Source of the DNA: the human T2T-CHM13v2.0 reference genome, Homo sapiens
Reading direction: 5' to 3' (one strand)
Assembly (NCBI RefSeq): GCF_009914755.1
Contig: NC_060927.1
Length of the DNA: 64,000 nt
This document shows, piece after piece, positions 12,508-25,964 of the stretch (position 1 is its first letter; every line of letters starts with the position of its first letter). The translations under genes were made by a program, and so were the position numbers. The notes under the pieces are model-generated. The model was not told the origin of the DNA and did not search any database. It saw nothing but the letters and a program-made list of their open reading frames with translations.

Positions 12508-14200
12508 ACCTGATGATGCTTTGGGCCCCCAGGTGTTAATGTTAACACTCAGTTCTTGAAAGGCTTAAGTGTTCCCCTTTCCCCAGTACATTGTTACCTA
12601 AGTAGATGATTGTAGATCCTTTTGGAGAAGGACAGGAAGAATCATTAAAAATTAAAACTTGCCATGATTTTGCAGTCTCTTTCTGATGAGACACAGCCTT
12701 TCCTTCAGTCATGTGGGCTCAGGGTTGAGAACAGGACCAGGTACAGAAACTCAGCAAGAAACTGTGACATTTTATTGGGACAGCAGCCCTCAGCCTTTGT
12801 TTCTTTTTGTTGTGTAGATTGAGAAATAACCACGTTGCCTGTTCATTGTATCTTGACCCTGGAAACGCTGTTTTCTATTAACTGTCTCTATAGCACTATG
12901 TGAGTCATACCACCCTCCCCCAGCCTGGCCACTCTTTACAGTGATTGAGCTCACCTTGCTTTTGATAGCTAAGTGCTACCATCTGTTCTCTATTTTGTTT
13001 TAGGCATCTATCAGTGCTTTGCTATCTGAAAGCCCATTTTGGGGACAGCATCTTCCAAAATCAATCCTGATCTACAGAGGTCAGCCACGACCGAGATTCT
13101 TAACAATACTGGTCTCCCTAGTGCATCCCATTTAACTTTGGTAAATGGAATGTCCTCTGAACTCTGTCGCAGAACATAATCAGCTAACAGGTTTTCTGAC
13201 ATTGCAAAATATACCTGCTTCAATATGCTCAATTTCCATCCTTTTCTTCATCATTTGCCCCAATAATGTTGGTATGTCTCTTGAGGTTTTTGCCAGGGTC
13301 AGGAATTCTGTACTAAAGATGAGCACACCAATAATAAAGTATCCTTAATCCAACATTATATTCTACCTCCTTTAATCCAGCACCTCCAAGAAGCCAGTCC
13401 ATTTATATTCTGTTGGCCTTTGCCAGTAAATGTTGGCTAGGTCCTTCAGCTCCTTAGTGTACAATCCCTTTCTTTGCTTTGCAATCCCAGCACTTCCTCA
13501 ACCGAGTTATGTTGTGGCTTGACCCTACATTGTTATTCTGGTGATTAGCAGGGGAGATGGGGTGAATTCTTAGGGTTGCATGTTGTCTTGCAAGGCAGAG
13601 GCTTCTGCAACAACTTCAAGTAAGGAGGAAGCACTAGCATTTAACAGAAAAGAAGGTGCTTTTCTTTTTACTAGTCCCAGAGAACCCAGAAAAATCTGAG
13701 ATTTTAGATTCCTCAGCCTAAATCTCATGGTCCCACTCTTTCCCATTTGACTTTGGTGCAGACAACCTGTTGAGCTGAGATTTCAACCTCCAGGAAGCTC
13801 TGCTACTCTTCCACTTAAATTGTGGTCCTGACCCTCAGCTTTTTCTGTCTTCCTGCTGCAGAAGAGTCTTGAAATACTGCCAAGGAGGTCCTCTGGCTTC
13901 CATACTTGGTTTCCCCTGTTGGTTAGTTGTCTTCAGCTTTTCATTGATTTTCTCTAATCCATGGATGGCCCCTAGCAAGTCTTCCAAATCCAAAGTCCTA
14001 ATAGTTTTATTTACCACAAAGTTCTCTGATGCCAGAAATACTGCACTTGCTACTGTATTCCCTTCCACCAATATCCCATCCCAGTTCACCCCATAAACTT
14101 AACAATTGTACTGCAAGTACATGCCAAGGGCTATTCATGCTTCATATCCCACCAATGGTGGAGTCATCATTTCCAGGAGGCCCAAGTCTGCTCTCTCAAG

Positions 14201-14215
14201 CCACTTTTGGTACCA
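14201..14215 (-). other. ERVL primer-binding site (tRNA-Leu type)
   Basis: Minus strand 'tggtaccaaaagtgg' immediately after the LTR16 3' end. Confidence 0.7.
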
Positions 14216-14217
14216 TC

Positions 14218-14625
14218 TTTGACAGGTCAAGTTTTCAAGGAGACAGACTCTGATAGTATTAGATTTCCATGCAGAAGGTTTATTGAGAGCATACTTTTGA
14301 GAATAATAGCCATAAGAGGTAAGGGAAAAGTATTGGGCCTAGTAAGAAATGGAACTGTAATGCAATTACAACAAAGGCCTCAGCCAAGCTTATGAGGACT
14401 TCTGGAAAAGAGATGGTCTGTCAGAGCTGTTCTGCCCTGAGGAAGAGGTGTTGGACTTCTCCTTTAGCCAAACATTCTTCTGCCAGAGAGGGGAGGATGA
14501 TCTTGGTGGAGGCAACTATCTGGCTGTTGCCAGTTGCTAGAGAGGAACTCAGCCAAGAGTGCCCAGAATCTAGGGAAGTGGGAACTTTGGTTCGAAAGAG
14601 GGATCTGATTGGCACACCATAACTT
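14218..14625 (-). mobile_element. LTR16-type 5' LTR of the HERV16-like provirus
   Basis: 'gcagaaggtttattgagag', 'acaacaaaggcctcagcc', 'gaaagagggatctg'; adjacent to the PBS. Confidence 0.75.
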
Positions 14626-14699
14626 CCATTATAAGGATCCACAAGATAAAAACTATTTTCCAACTCTGATTTAGGCCTACAAAACACTCCTGACAGATG

Positions 14700-14830
14700 G
14701 ACCGTGTACCCCATTTTAGACATGGCAGAGCAACAGAATGGGCAGAATTAGAGAGTGGCAATACCGTGAGACAAACACTCTCAATAAGAATTCTAGGTCC
14801 TGACTTCCTATCTTCCATTAGGTGATTCTG
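14700..14830 (-). mobile_element. MIR fragment
   Basis: 'ccccattttaga'; 'aagaattctaggtcctgacttcc'. Confidence 0.5.
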
Positions 14831-15059
14831 AACATTTGGCATTACGTGATCCCACAGCACAGGGGAAGTGGTGCTCTAGGCTTTCCAGGAGGTTCTCAGA
14901 TCAGACTAGATACATTGCTCAAGTCCAAATGCTCTGTGAAGTAGAGGAAAGCCTACCAAAGCAACAAGGTTTGGACTTTTATCATCATTTGGGCCACAGT
15001 CATAGGTGGCATCAGGGTGTTGTGGGGAAATCCACTGCCCTTGTAACCAGAAGATAAAG

Positions 15060-15260
15060 ATGTTTGGAGTCCAGCCCTGGCTTTGCCGTTCCGTTCGTTA
15101 GCTAAGTTGTGGTGAGCAAGTCACTTAATCTCTCTGCATCTCAATTTTCCAATTGTGAAACAAACAGATAATATGCCATAGTTATGTTACACTCATTTTT
15201 CACGTGGCTGTAACAGCCAGAGGAGCAACGTTTATGAAATAGGAAGCACTATTATTGTTT
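15060..15260 (+). mobile_element. MIR
   Basis: 'gagcaagtcacttaatctctctgcatctcaattttcc'. Confidence 0.7.
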
Positions 15261-15719
15261 TGGTTAAAAGGGGAATTTCTTCAAGGATTGTAACAAGGGC
15301 TCTAAATTGACTTTATTTTTGTACCTCACTAGCTTTGTATTCCTAATGGGCAAATATTTCCAAATTATGCTTACTATTTTACATTAAAATGGTTGTTTTC
15401 TCCTCTCTACAGGATGCTAAAGGTAAACCCAAAAGAAACCTTGCCAGCTGTGCCTCACTGACAATCAGTCTAGGATGCTTTGATTTGGAAACCTCCCCCG
15501 TGATGGTATAGAAAGGACCAACTTCAAACAAATCACTTAATAATAGGAGATGGCCACTTTCCACAATAGCAACCATAAGTAAAACCATGCATAATGCTCA
15601 TGAGTTTCCCAGGAAGGCAATCCTTTAAAAGAGAGGGTGGAAACAGGAGGGGTAAGAGAGTGAAGAGGGAGTCAGGCGGGACTGACAATGATACCTTATA
15701 TTCATACAGATTTTTCCCT

Positions 15720-15945
15720 CCATTGATTCCCAAGCATTTGGCAAACTTTAATTGGCTAATACTCACATATCCCTTTGAGTTTAAGTAGGCGGCAAGTATT
15801 ATCTCTAATTTTCAAATGGAGGAATGAAGGTACAAAGAGCTTAAGTGCCTTGCCTAAGGTCACAAACATGAGCTAGTGAGAAAGCTGAGAACCAATAAGA
15901 CTTACAGGGCCCCTAACTCCTAATCAACAGCCTGAACTCTGAGGC
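15720..15945 (-). mobile_element. MIR
   Basis: 'ttaagtgccttgcctaaggtcaca'. Confidence 0.7.
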
Positions 15946-16145
15946 CTCACCCTGCAGAATCGTTTGGTCTTTTCTTGATCTTTCTGAAGCAAAATCCTTG
16001 ACAATTCATTTTACTAAAGGCGGAAGATATGGCATCTTTATTCCAATATAGCACTTGCTTTGGATCAAAGGAAAGATACATATTTTCAGGCGTGATGAAC
16101 TTTTCCACAGTTATGCAATGCTCAATGCAGGCAGAAAAGAAGACA

Positions 16146-16179
16146 CGTGTGTGTGTGTGTGTGTGTGTGCGCGTGTGTG
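16146..16179. repeat. (TG)n/(CG) alternating purine-pyrimidine tract
   Basis: Direct reading. Confidence 0.9.
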
Positions 16180-17483
16180 TTTCATTTTCAAGAAGGACAT
16201 TGATGTCCTTTTCTGGTGCTGCACATTCTTTGAATCCAGCAGCAAGGCAGGGCCTGTGAACAAAACCCTTTCTATTCACTTCAAACTGAAGTATCTTTGC
16301 TAGACATTCTTTAGAGAATTCTCAGCTTTGTCTAACAGATTACCAAGGCTTCTCTTCAAACTACCCGGCTGACCCCTGTTCATCTAGTAGCCTTAGTGTT
16401 GCCAGGAGAAACAGATTGTCCTCACAGGATTAAAGCTTGCTGTGGGGTGTAAGACAGTTTTGTATCTTAAAAAATATATACCCTGGCAAGAATTGCAAAA
16501 AGTCTTTAGGTATACATGCAAGCAGAAAATCTATGAGTCAACAATAACAGAATTATTTCACCTTATCGAGACTCATAGAACACTGGACACTTTAGAGCCC
16601 AGTCTTTGTGTGAAGAAAATGAAATTTTCACCCAGGTGTGGTTAAGTGCAGTGTTGTGTTCAGGAAACCCTGCTCTTACTGTGGCCCTGAGCCTCATCAC
16701 AGTCCTGAGGCCCTCGGCTCAAGGCCCACAACACCGGTGATGCTAGCACGTCCTCCTAAGGAAGTAAAAACCTGAGTTCCTCTGAATTGGAAGTGCAGAG
16801 GGAGAAAGAATAGGGGGATATTTTGGAGGGAAGAAGGGAAGAGAAAAGGCAAATTGAAAAAGGACAATTTGTGCCATAACAAATTGATAACAATCCCCAA
16901 GCCCCATATTTAAGCCAAATTACACCCAATTTCCGATGCGAGAGTGAACATGTAGTTAGTCCAAGGCTCACTTCTCTTGATCCCAGAGGTCCCAGGTTGA
17001 GGGCAACTCTGACAATCACTATATCCAAGGCCTTGGGTCACATTTTTGATATTTATGGGTCTTAGTTTCCTCATAAATCCCACAAGGGAATGAGGGAGTC
17101 TGAAGGCTCTCTCTCTTAGTCTCTGAGTGACCAGCAGCCAAAACAATCCCTCAGTCCTCCTTTCCTCTTCACTTCCTTGCTTCTGATTGGCTGGTAGCCT
17201 GTGCTAATGCCCGGATACTATTCAGATGGGTTACCTGGCCATTTTGTTTCTTGCCTTCTAGGAATCTCTTCTTCCCTCCGTTGGCTGCTCAGAGCTGTTT
17301 AGGTCCATCTCCTGGGAAAGAGGGAGAGAGAGTACTTGGGGGAAAGGCAGGAAACTGTCTGTGTTGTTGCTCATGCCTGTGGAGCAGGCCCTTTGCGTAT
17401 CTAAGTTCGTGGTACAGATGAGGAAACTGAAAGTCAGAGGAGAGAAAATTATTTCTGAGATCACGCAGTCATAGAATAGAGTT

Positions 17484-17881
17484 AGGACTGACAATGTAAA
17501 TTGTGGGGCCAAGTGCAAAAGAAAATTGTGAGGCCCCTTGTTCAGACATTATTATTTTTATTTATTTATCTATCTATTTGTTTACTTATTTATTTTTTCT
17601 ATTCGAGACAGGGCCTTCCTCCGTCACCCAGGCTGGAGTGCAGTGGCATGTCACAGCTCACTGTAGCCTCGAACTCCTGAGCTCATGAGATCCTCCCGCC
17701 TTAGCTTCCCACAGTGTTGCAATTACAGGCATGCACCGCCACACCCAGTCTCAGATATTATTAAAAATTTCAGGACATGACAGCAGAGCATGAAACCAAG
17801 GACAGGAACCTTCTGCGTTCAGGCCCTCTGTGAGTGCTCAGGGTGTAAGTCACCCGGAGTAGATTCAAAACATGAACCCTG
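17484..17881 (-). mobile_element. MER45A (hAT-Tip100) split by an Alu monomer
   Basis: 'gtggggccaagtgcaaaagaaaattgtgaggccccttgttca' ... 'aatttcaggacatgacagcagagcatgaaacc'. Confidence 0.8.
17551..17750 (-). mobile_element. Alu monomer (FAM/FRAM-like)
   Basis: Single arm with T-rich tail; TSD cagacattatt/cagatattatt. Confidence 0.85.
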
Positions 17882-17899
17882 CTGTCTCCTGTGGACATG

Positions 17900-18275
17900 G
17901 TGTCAGGATTTCCTCCACTTGCTGCTCCTAATCCACTCCCCACACTCCTCTACCTTGCTCTGTGCCCAGGAAGTTGGCCTCTCGGACTTGGCCTCTGGCT
18001 TCTTGTTGGCTTGCCTGGAGGGTGGGGAAAGTGGGAGCTTTCTTACCCCTGGGCTGCTGTTTAGTGGTTGCTGTGTTCTCTCTCTCTCCAGCTCAGGGAC
18101 CAAGCTGACAGTCAAGGCTCCTGTAGATTTAGGTAATGACTCCCCTCCCTTACCCCTTCAGGCCTAAGAGTCCTCTGTTCCTAGTCCCAATGCTCTTCTC
18201 CATCCTTCCACGCTGTCCATGCTGTTGCAAATAGTCCTCTTTTAAGAGTGACATCTGTTTTCTTACAGGGTATCC
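17900..18275 (+). mobile_element. LTR33-type ERVL LTR
   Basis: 'gctctgtgcccaggaag', 'ccctcccttaccccttcaggcctaag', 'aaatagtcc', 'catctgtttt'. Confidence 0.75.
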
Positions 18276-18339
18276 CACTGGGCTTTCCCAGTGACTCTTC
18301 CCTTTTCTTTGGGAAACTGTACACTGCTTTTTCTTGGGA

Positions 18340-19035
18340 GAGCTCCTGTTCTGCCCCCAGGTACCCTGAGGTCACAGGACTTGAGCCTGGTCAATCAGCA
18401 TCCCTGGTCTCCCTTGCCACATTGACTCTTCAGGGAGGACTCCTCTCTCCCAGGGAAGTTTCTGTTAGAATTGATGGAGGAGGTAAGGGACTGTCTCTTA
18501 CCTTCTAGGAGTCAGCAACTTTTTTCTATAAAGGGCCAGATAGTAAATATTTCAGGCTTTGCAGGCCATATGGTCCTGTCTCATAGCCTTCATTATTTGT
18601 TTGCTTTTTCACAACCTTATAAAAATTTAATATCATTTTAACTTGCCAGGTGTGGGAGTGGGGGGGTATACAGAAACAGGCTACTAGGCCAGTAGGTTGC
18701 TGACCCCTTAGGGTCATATTAGAGAAAAAATGAGACAAAGAAAGACTCATAGCCCTCTTTTCTGGTAGAATAAAGGAAGCCAGCACACCACCATTTAATG
18801 AGGTTTCATTATAACCAAATACATGCAAACATGTAAGTGTGTAGGTGTGATATAGATCCATATATACACACACACAGCAAGGAGAGAAACTCCTGGAAAC
18901 ATTAAGATCCCCATTACAATTCATAAGTTTCTGGTTCTATAACTCTTTCTTCTACCTGTGAGCCACCCAGCATTCTTCCTAGTTACCAAGCCAATCTGAG
19001 CTGGTTTGAGTTGGTTTTGTATTACTTGGAAATGA
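18340..19035 (+). mobile_element. Old MLT1 (J/K-like) LTR pieces around MER58
   Basis: 'ggtcaatcagcatcc'; 3' end 'gctggtttgagttggttttgtattacttg'. Confidence 0.55.
18506..18709. mobile_element. MER58C-like hAT-Charlie MITE
   Basis: TIRs 'aggagtcagcaac' / 'gttgctgacccct'; 'aaagggccagatagtaaatatt'. Confidence 0.85.
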
Positions 19036-20019
19036 CCAAATCCCTGCTACCATATCATACTATCTCCAGAACCCACAGTCAGCCCCTCCTTTGATTCTAG
19101 TGGTTGCCAGAGCAATTCCATGCAGCCCATGAACTACATAGTTCTTGGTCAAGGCTACTTGATGAGGCCCACTCTGGCTGAAAGTTTCATACCGTGAACA
19201 TATATATCTTCTAGAATGGAAAATCGGAAAAATAGAAAATAATTACAAAAAATGAATGTGGACTGAACTCCCTTTGCACAAACATTTAGAGTGATAGCTC
19301 ACAGTTCAGGGGGCATTGCTGCTTCCAAACAGGGTCTCCATGGCATCGCATGTGGGAACCAGAGGCCTGGGACCAAGAAACCAAGACTTTACCAGCAGCA
19401 GCTGTCTCTGCCTCTAATTCAGTCAGTCCTGATGAAGTGGTAGCTCTCTGGCAAGTATGCATTGCAAGTCATGTTCAGAAATTGCTGTTGCAAATAGCCT
19501 GGTGTCCTGCCCACGCAGCTGAAATAAAGGGGCATCAAAAAGGCAGGGCCTGTGGCATTCACTGAAGAGGGGACGCCAGGCGTTACCTGGACCAGCTCCA
19601 TCAGTGCAGGGACTGATTTCCAGAAGAAGGCAGATTCCCATGGTGTGTCTGCTGGGGAATCTTTTTTCCTTAGAAGAAATGTTTAGGCAGAGAAATGCAT
19701 AAAAAGCTAACATATAGCCTCACCCATGACTAGAATAAAAGGGGCTGGAGTGGTGAACTGTTTAAAATAATTCTTCCCCTTTTTCAGATATAGGAAAGCA
19801 AAATGGTTATGAGACAGGAGTTAAACATAGTGATAGTGAAACTCAATGTCAAATATTCTACCTCATTGTTTCCATTAGATGAATTCATATTTGATTTGGC
19901 TATGTGCCAAGATTTGGGTTGTAGAAAAAAATGTTGAACACAGGAGAGATTGTCCTGAAAAAAGCATTGTGACTGGGTGGGTTGGCCCTTCCAGGAAGCC
20001 AGGGAGTGTTGACTAGACT

Positions 20020-20152
20020 GCAGCACTTCCCAAACGTTAATGTGTAGGAACTTCCCGGAGATCTTGCTAAAATGCAGATTCTGACGCATTTCTAACAAGC
20101 TCCCTGTGATGCAGAAGCAGCTGATCTGTGGGTACATTATGAGTAGCAAGGG
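20020..20152. mobile_element. MER5A1-like MITE
   Basis: 'gatcttgctaaaatgcagattctga...catttctaacaagctccc...gagtagcaagg'. Confidence 0.8.
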
Positions 20153-21789
20153 ACTAGAGGATAATAGTGTCTTAATGCTGGTGGCATTTGTCACTAATAA
20201 ATGTTAACAATAGCTACCATGTACTGCGTGCCAACTATGAGACATGAAGTCACAGAGCTAGTAAGGAAGGTTGCTAGAAACTGTCTCTGAAATGTATGCT
20301 CTTGCCACCACTCCAAGCCGGCTCACTGCAGGGTACTGGGGTGAGTGGGAATGCTCTAGCCCTCACAATCCAACTCGAGACCCAGACCCCTTGCAGCCCG
20401 GGAGCCGGTAGTCCAGGGGTAGCACCTGGAGCTCCCCTCTGAGCAGACACTTGGCCAAGTTCAGTGAAAAACATTCCAGGCTTAAAAAAAAAAGTACATC
20501 TGGCATTTCCAGACACGGATGAACAAGCTAGCCTTTCTGCTCAGCCAATCTGACTGATTGTGCAGAAGTAGGGTATTAGGATGAATGAAAGTAGGAAAAT
20601 CTTGATCTGATTGAAAAATGGTTGTTTGTGTACAAAATACAGTCAAATGATGAACTGCTCCTCCAGGGCAAATGCAGGATGTCTTTGTGCTATCCACAGA
20701 GGATAGAAGTTGGTACTGAGTCCTGCCTTTGTTTCTCCACTCGACAGTTAAGAAAACATAGGGCCATGATGAACAAATTATCCAGATGGAAATTGTATTA
20801 TTTGTCCCTGAAAAGAAGCCTGGATCCCAGAAACTTTTGTGATGTGAGTTTATTGTCTCAGTCTTTGTGCTGATTGGACTCTGGACTGGAATGATTAGGA
20901 AGAAATACAATCAGCTTTTCAGAAATGTGTACCTCTGGAAAACCTCACAAAGGAGTTTATTTTCTCCCCTCTCTCTTTGGCCTCCTTTCTGAACAGCTTT
21001 TCTTGTAGAGCTCCAGGCAGAAGCAGCTCCAGGCAAATTGGGACTCAAGGGAAATTTCTCTCTGACATTTTCCCACCTCTTCCCATCTGGGTTCTTTCTT
21101 CCTACCCTCCACCCCCTCCAGCCTCCTCTACTTCCAATACTGCATCCCATCCACTGGCACAAGGTGTGCATACATTTGCTGGGGGTGGAAGGGATGGGAA
21201 CAACTACTTGGGTATTGTAGTGATTCATATTTATTTTCTATTTTGATGAAAAATTACCCATTATTTCTTTTTCAGAAGTAGAATCATGACTTATGTTCTA
21301 TAATTTATCTAACTGATTTCATGTGCAAATTTTAATCAGATTTCTGACAGTTACGTATCACTTTCCTCTTCTGGAAGGATGATGGTGCATGTCTCCCGCT
21401 TCTGCCCACCTGTAGCCATCTCTGGGCTTGTAGTTCCACATTGTTCCTCCCTGGGTAGTAATTAGGTACCTGAAGTATTTACTGATGAGAATTCAGGCTG
21501 TCCAGACTCCAAAGGCCATAAGGCCTGTGAGGTACTGTCCTGGTGGAAAGGCCTTGAAAGACAGTTAAAGTGGATGGCCCACGTCATTTGCGTCTCTGCT
21601 CCATCAGCACAGGGCAGTGTGGGAGACCATGTGAAGACTGATGATCAAAAGCCTCGAGGGTTTAAAGAGTAAGTTGAGGCTCCCTTCTACCGAGGAAGAG
21701 AGAACTATCTGTGATGAGCACACTCATTCAGCAACAAACTTCATTGAATGGCAAATTAACTGGAAATATTTATCAATGGTGGGGGCAGG

Positions 21790-22050
21790 GCTGGCCAAAA
21801 ATTATGAAACTAGTCAATAAATCATGGTATTGCCATGACAATAAAGCCATTAAAATAATACGTTAGAGCTGCATGAGCTGTTAGGCAGAGGTCTCTAAGC
21901 ATATTGTTGAATGAAAAAGGTAAAACATGCGTAATTTGCTGCCATTTGCTCTTCAAAAACCATAAGTATATCATACATATATTTATGTATGCATATAACA
22001 TTTCCGGAGTAATACATAAGAAAATATTAATAATGATTGTCATTGATAAG
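21790..22050 (+). mobile_element. Old L1M 3'UTR fragment
   Basis: 'ataaatcatggta', 'aagccattaaaa', 'atattgttgaatgaaaaa', 'atacataagaaa'. Confidence 0.55.
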
Positions 22051-22084
22051 GGAAGCTAGTGTTTTTTATAATACTCTTGCTATT

Positions 22085-23040
<956 letters not shown>

Positions 23041-23351
23041 GTCTAGCTGACTTAGGCAACTGATGTGCACCTCACATTGCCTCCTTGGGCAAAAAGAATC
23101 GTTAGGTGAATCATCTGAAATTGCCAATATTTAACTGCTTTTTGACCAATGAGAAAGGAATTTCAAATGATTCATACTAAAAGTAGTCCCATCTTTATGC
23201 CTTATTACTTTATATCTTATATTACTTTCATTCTCACCATCTGCAAATAGGGATTTAGATCATCGATCTCCTGCTTGAGTAGAGGGAGGAATGGAAGAGG
23301 CAGGTGGGCTGTGGGGTGGAAACTGGGAAGTAAGACATCATCCTTAAAATA

Positions 23352-23834
23352 TGAGGGTCTTGGCAGAGTCAGCCAGGAGAAGGTCAGCCCACAGTGAGAC
23401 AGGGAGCTGTCAGTGAACCGTTCCGCTATGCAGTTAAGGAGGGATTTATTTTTGGGATAGAGTTCCTACAAACCTTAAGGAGAAACAGACCCTTCTATCT
23501 TTTTATAGGGAAACCCAGAGAGATAGGAAGAGAGTTGTTAGCAAAAGAGCAGTGTGCAGGTAGGTCAAAAGCATTTTGGCTTGAAGAAGCTAGGTGATGA
23601 GCCGATATTTTCCAGGCCTGAGCTTACCTTATTAGGAATGGTCCAGCCTCTCTCTTTAGGCAAAGGAGAAGAATTCAGCAAGCCAGCTACACCTTAGAGC
23701 AAACAAATGTGCCCTTGCAATCCAAGTATAAGGCTTCTCTGCATAAAGATTCGCATCCTTCTAGAGTACTTTGAGAAAGAGGGAGTTTATCCAATGTTTT
23801 CTACTGAGCTATCTGCTGGGCAGATGTTCCTTCA
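23352..23834 (-). mobile_element. Probable old LTR, family not recognised
   Basis: TG...CA bounded, ~480 bp; minus-strand AATAAA about 95 bp from the end; no clear TSD. Confidence 0.35.
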
Positions 23835-24574
23835 TATTATGTGTTCTTTTTTGCTGTTCTTCCGACCACATTCACATTACTGATGGTCACAGCCTCAAAC
23901 ACCTGGACTCCAGCCTCCCTTAATAGAAAGCTGCTTTCCACATGTGGTCAGTAATAAAAGGATAAATGTGGAAGTTAGCCACACTTCCCTTTACTGTCCT
24001 TACTTCTAGCGTCCAAAATGCTACTATATGGGAGAGGCAGCATCATTATACAAAATGTTCCTTAAGGGTTGTGTATAACTAAAAGGACGTTGTGCTGGGG
24101 GACAGGGATTTTTATTTTGCCTACATGTTTTTTAGGGAAGAGAATGTTCTACGAATATCTTACATTTCTTCAAAGTCAGGGTCCTCTGAACAAAGATATT
24201 TACAGCCAAATTGAGAACACTTGTATAAGGAGATATTCCAAGATAGTAAACCTTAGAGAGGTTTCCCTCTCTGGAGATGTTTCAAGGTAGTATAGATAAA
24301 AGCCTACATGTCCTTCACCCAAAGAAGGGCAGCTTAAATTTCAGAGTAAAGATAATACTTTTGTTTCTCTGGATAGTATGATGTGCAGGTCACTCGCGGC
24401 TCTATATAAGACCAGAGTTTGCTAATTGTGGGGTTTCTCTCCAATAACATACCCCACTGTGCATATAGGTGCCATTTGGCCTTCACTGCATAGCTCTGTG
24501 GGGGATATTACTCTAACCTGCTGATTTTGCTAACAGTAATAAAAGATCTTTGCCTCTGACCCAGAGATCTCATA

Positions 24575-24691
24575 TTTTATGTATGTGTGTGTATACATAT
24601 ATATCTATGTATTTATATATATATATATATGTTTATTTATCTGTGTGTATGCATATCAATCTGTTAAATTTATACATTGTATATATGTGTG
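24575..24691. repeat. TA/TG-rich low-complexity tract
   Basis: Direct reading. Confidence 0.8.
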
Positions 24692-24900
24692 TTTGGGCAT
24701 CACAGATTTGGGGTACGTTTGTCACATCCAAATGAGGATGTCTGATAGGTCAGAAGAGAAGCTGAATTGGAGATGCATATTTGAGAATTATCCAGGCGTG
24801 TGCAGTAGTTGAAGTCAAGGGCATCCAATGAGTCTAGCTGACTTGGGCAACTGATGTGAGGTCACATTGCCTCCTTAGGCAAAAAGAACCATTAGGTGAA
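24692..24900 (+). repeat. Copy 2 (inserted) of the ~210-bp duplication
   Basis: Matches 22901-23110; sits inside LTR40. Confidence 0.97.
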
Positions 24901-25841
24901 AACTGTGGCCAGCTAACCTGTTAGCTTGGAAGTGAGACAAAATCTCTGACCCTTCACAAATTCTCACTTAACAATTTTATATGTAGATCACCTCCAAGCA
25001 AATCTGCTCCCCAGCTAGAAGGAGTACCCTGACCTAGAATCCATCCCATCCTTCCCTCAGGAAACAGTGGGGATAGGGACTTTTAGGATACTTCAGAAAG
25101 CATTTTTTGCACTCCAAGTCCAGGACTATTTGTGGTGTTTCCTATAGGATGAAGTACAGATTGTCTCCTCACTATGCAAGCTCATCCAATAGGTTGTCAC
25201 TGAATCAAGTGCATCATATTCTTGCAGGTAGATAAGGTCCTAGAGAAATCATTAATTATCAGAGACAGAAATTTCTGAATCTTAACTGAGGAGGAGACAC
25301 TCTTTCTAATGGCAGCACTAATTTTGCACAACTAACTCTTCCTCTAGCAACCTTAGCACTTGACATCTACCTGCAAAGCAGACTTCAGCAACCCTTTGTT
25401 CCTCTTCCAGTTCCAGACCATGCCTCAGGGCCTGCAGATGCCAAAGAAAGGACCACTCCTCAGGCACCACCACATCATGGCAACATCTCAGCAGCTCAAA
25501 GACGTGGCAGCTGTGTGTGTGTGATTGTACAGAAAAGCTTCAGCAGCTTTGAAATTACTGTGTGCTTGTACAGAAATGCTTTCTAATTACAGCCCGGCTT
25601 CCCCTCCCCACCTAGAACATTCTGCAACTCCCAACAATTCTCACTACTCAGAGGTTCAAGCAGTTGAGGGACTTTAAGCTCTATTAACTTTATAGAAAAT
25701 CTATGTCTGTTTGTATGTCTTTCTTTTGCTGAGGCTGTTTCATTGAAGTCCCCCCACACTTTCAAAATTTAAAAGGAAGCAATGCTAACAGGAAGTAATG
25801 CTTTGTAAGTAGGTCATCATATTTCTGATCAGGGCACACTT

Positions 25842-25964
25842 AAAAAAATTTATTTTGTAGAGGCAGGTTCTTGCTGTGTTGCCCAGGCTGATCTCAAACT
25901 CCTTGCCTCAAGCGATCCTCCTGCCTTGGCCTCCAAAAATGCTGGGCATGAGCCACTGCCTGGC
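25842..25964 (-). mobile_element. FLAM (Alu left monomer)
   Basis: TSD atcagggcacactt / atcagggtccactt. Confidence 0.85.

Larger units (their letters stand above)
10735..14215 (-). pseudogene. Decayed ERVL (HERV16-like) internal region: gag, pro and the RT part of pol
   Basis: Minus-strand translations resemble ERVL proteins: gag 'SEDIPFTKV...VVADLC', pol 'NQKQYCI...KDAG', 'QVAAPIVAAVQIVVSLLEQVNT', 'WHAAIDL', 'LPQDYVNS', 'QEVTSILEDLVRHM...KIEGP'; many stops and frameshifts. Confidence 0.85.
24070..24967 (+). mobile_element. LTR40-type ERVL LTR interrupted by a TA-rich tract and the duplicated block
   Basis: TATA 'ctatataag' (~24401); 'aataaaagatctttgcctctgacccagagatctc'; resumes at 24897 with 'tgaaaactgtggccagctaacctgttagcttg...gacccttcaca'. 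Confidence 0.75.
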
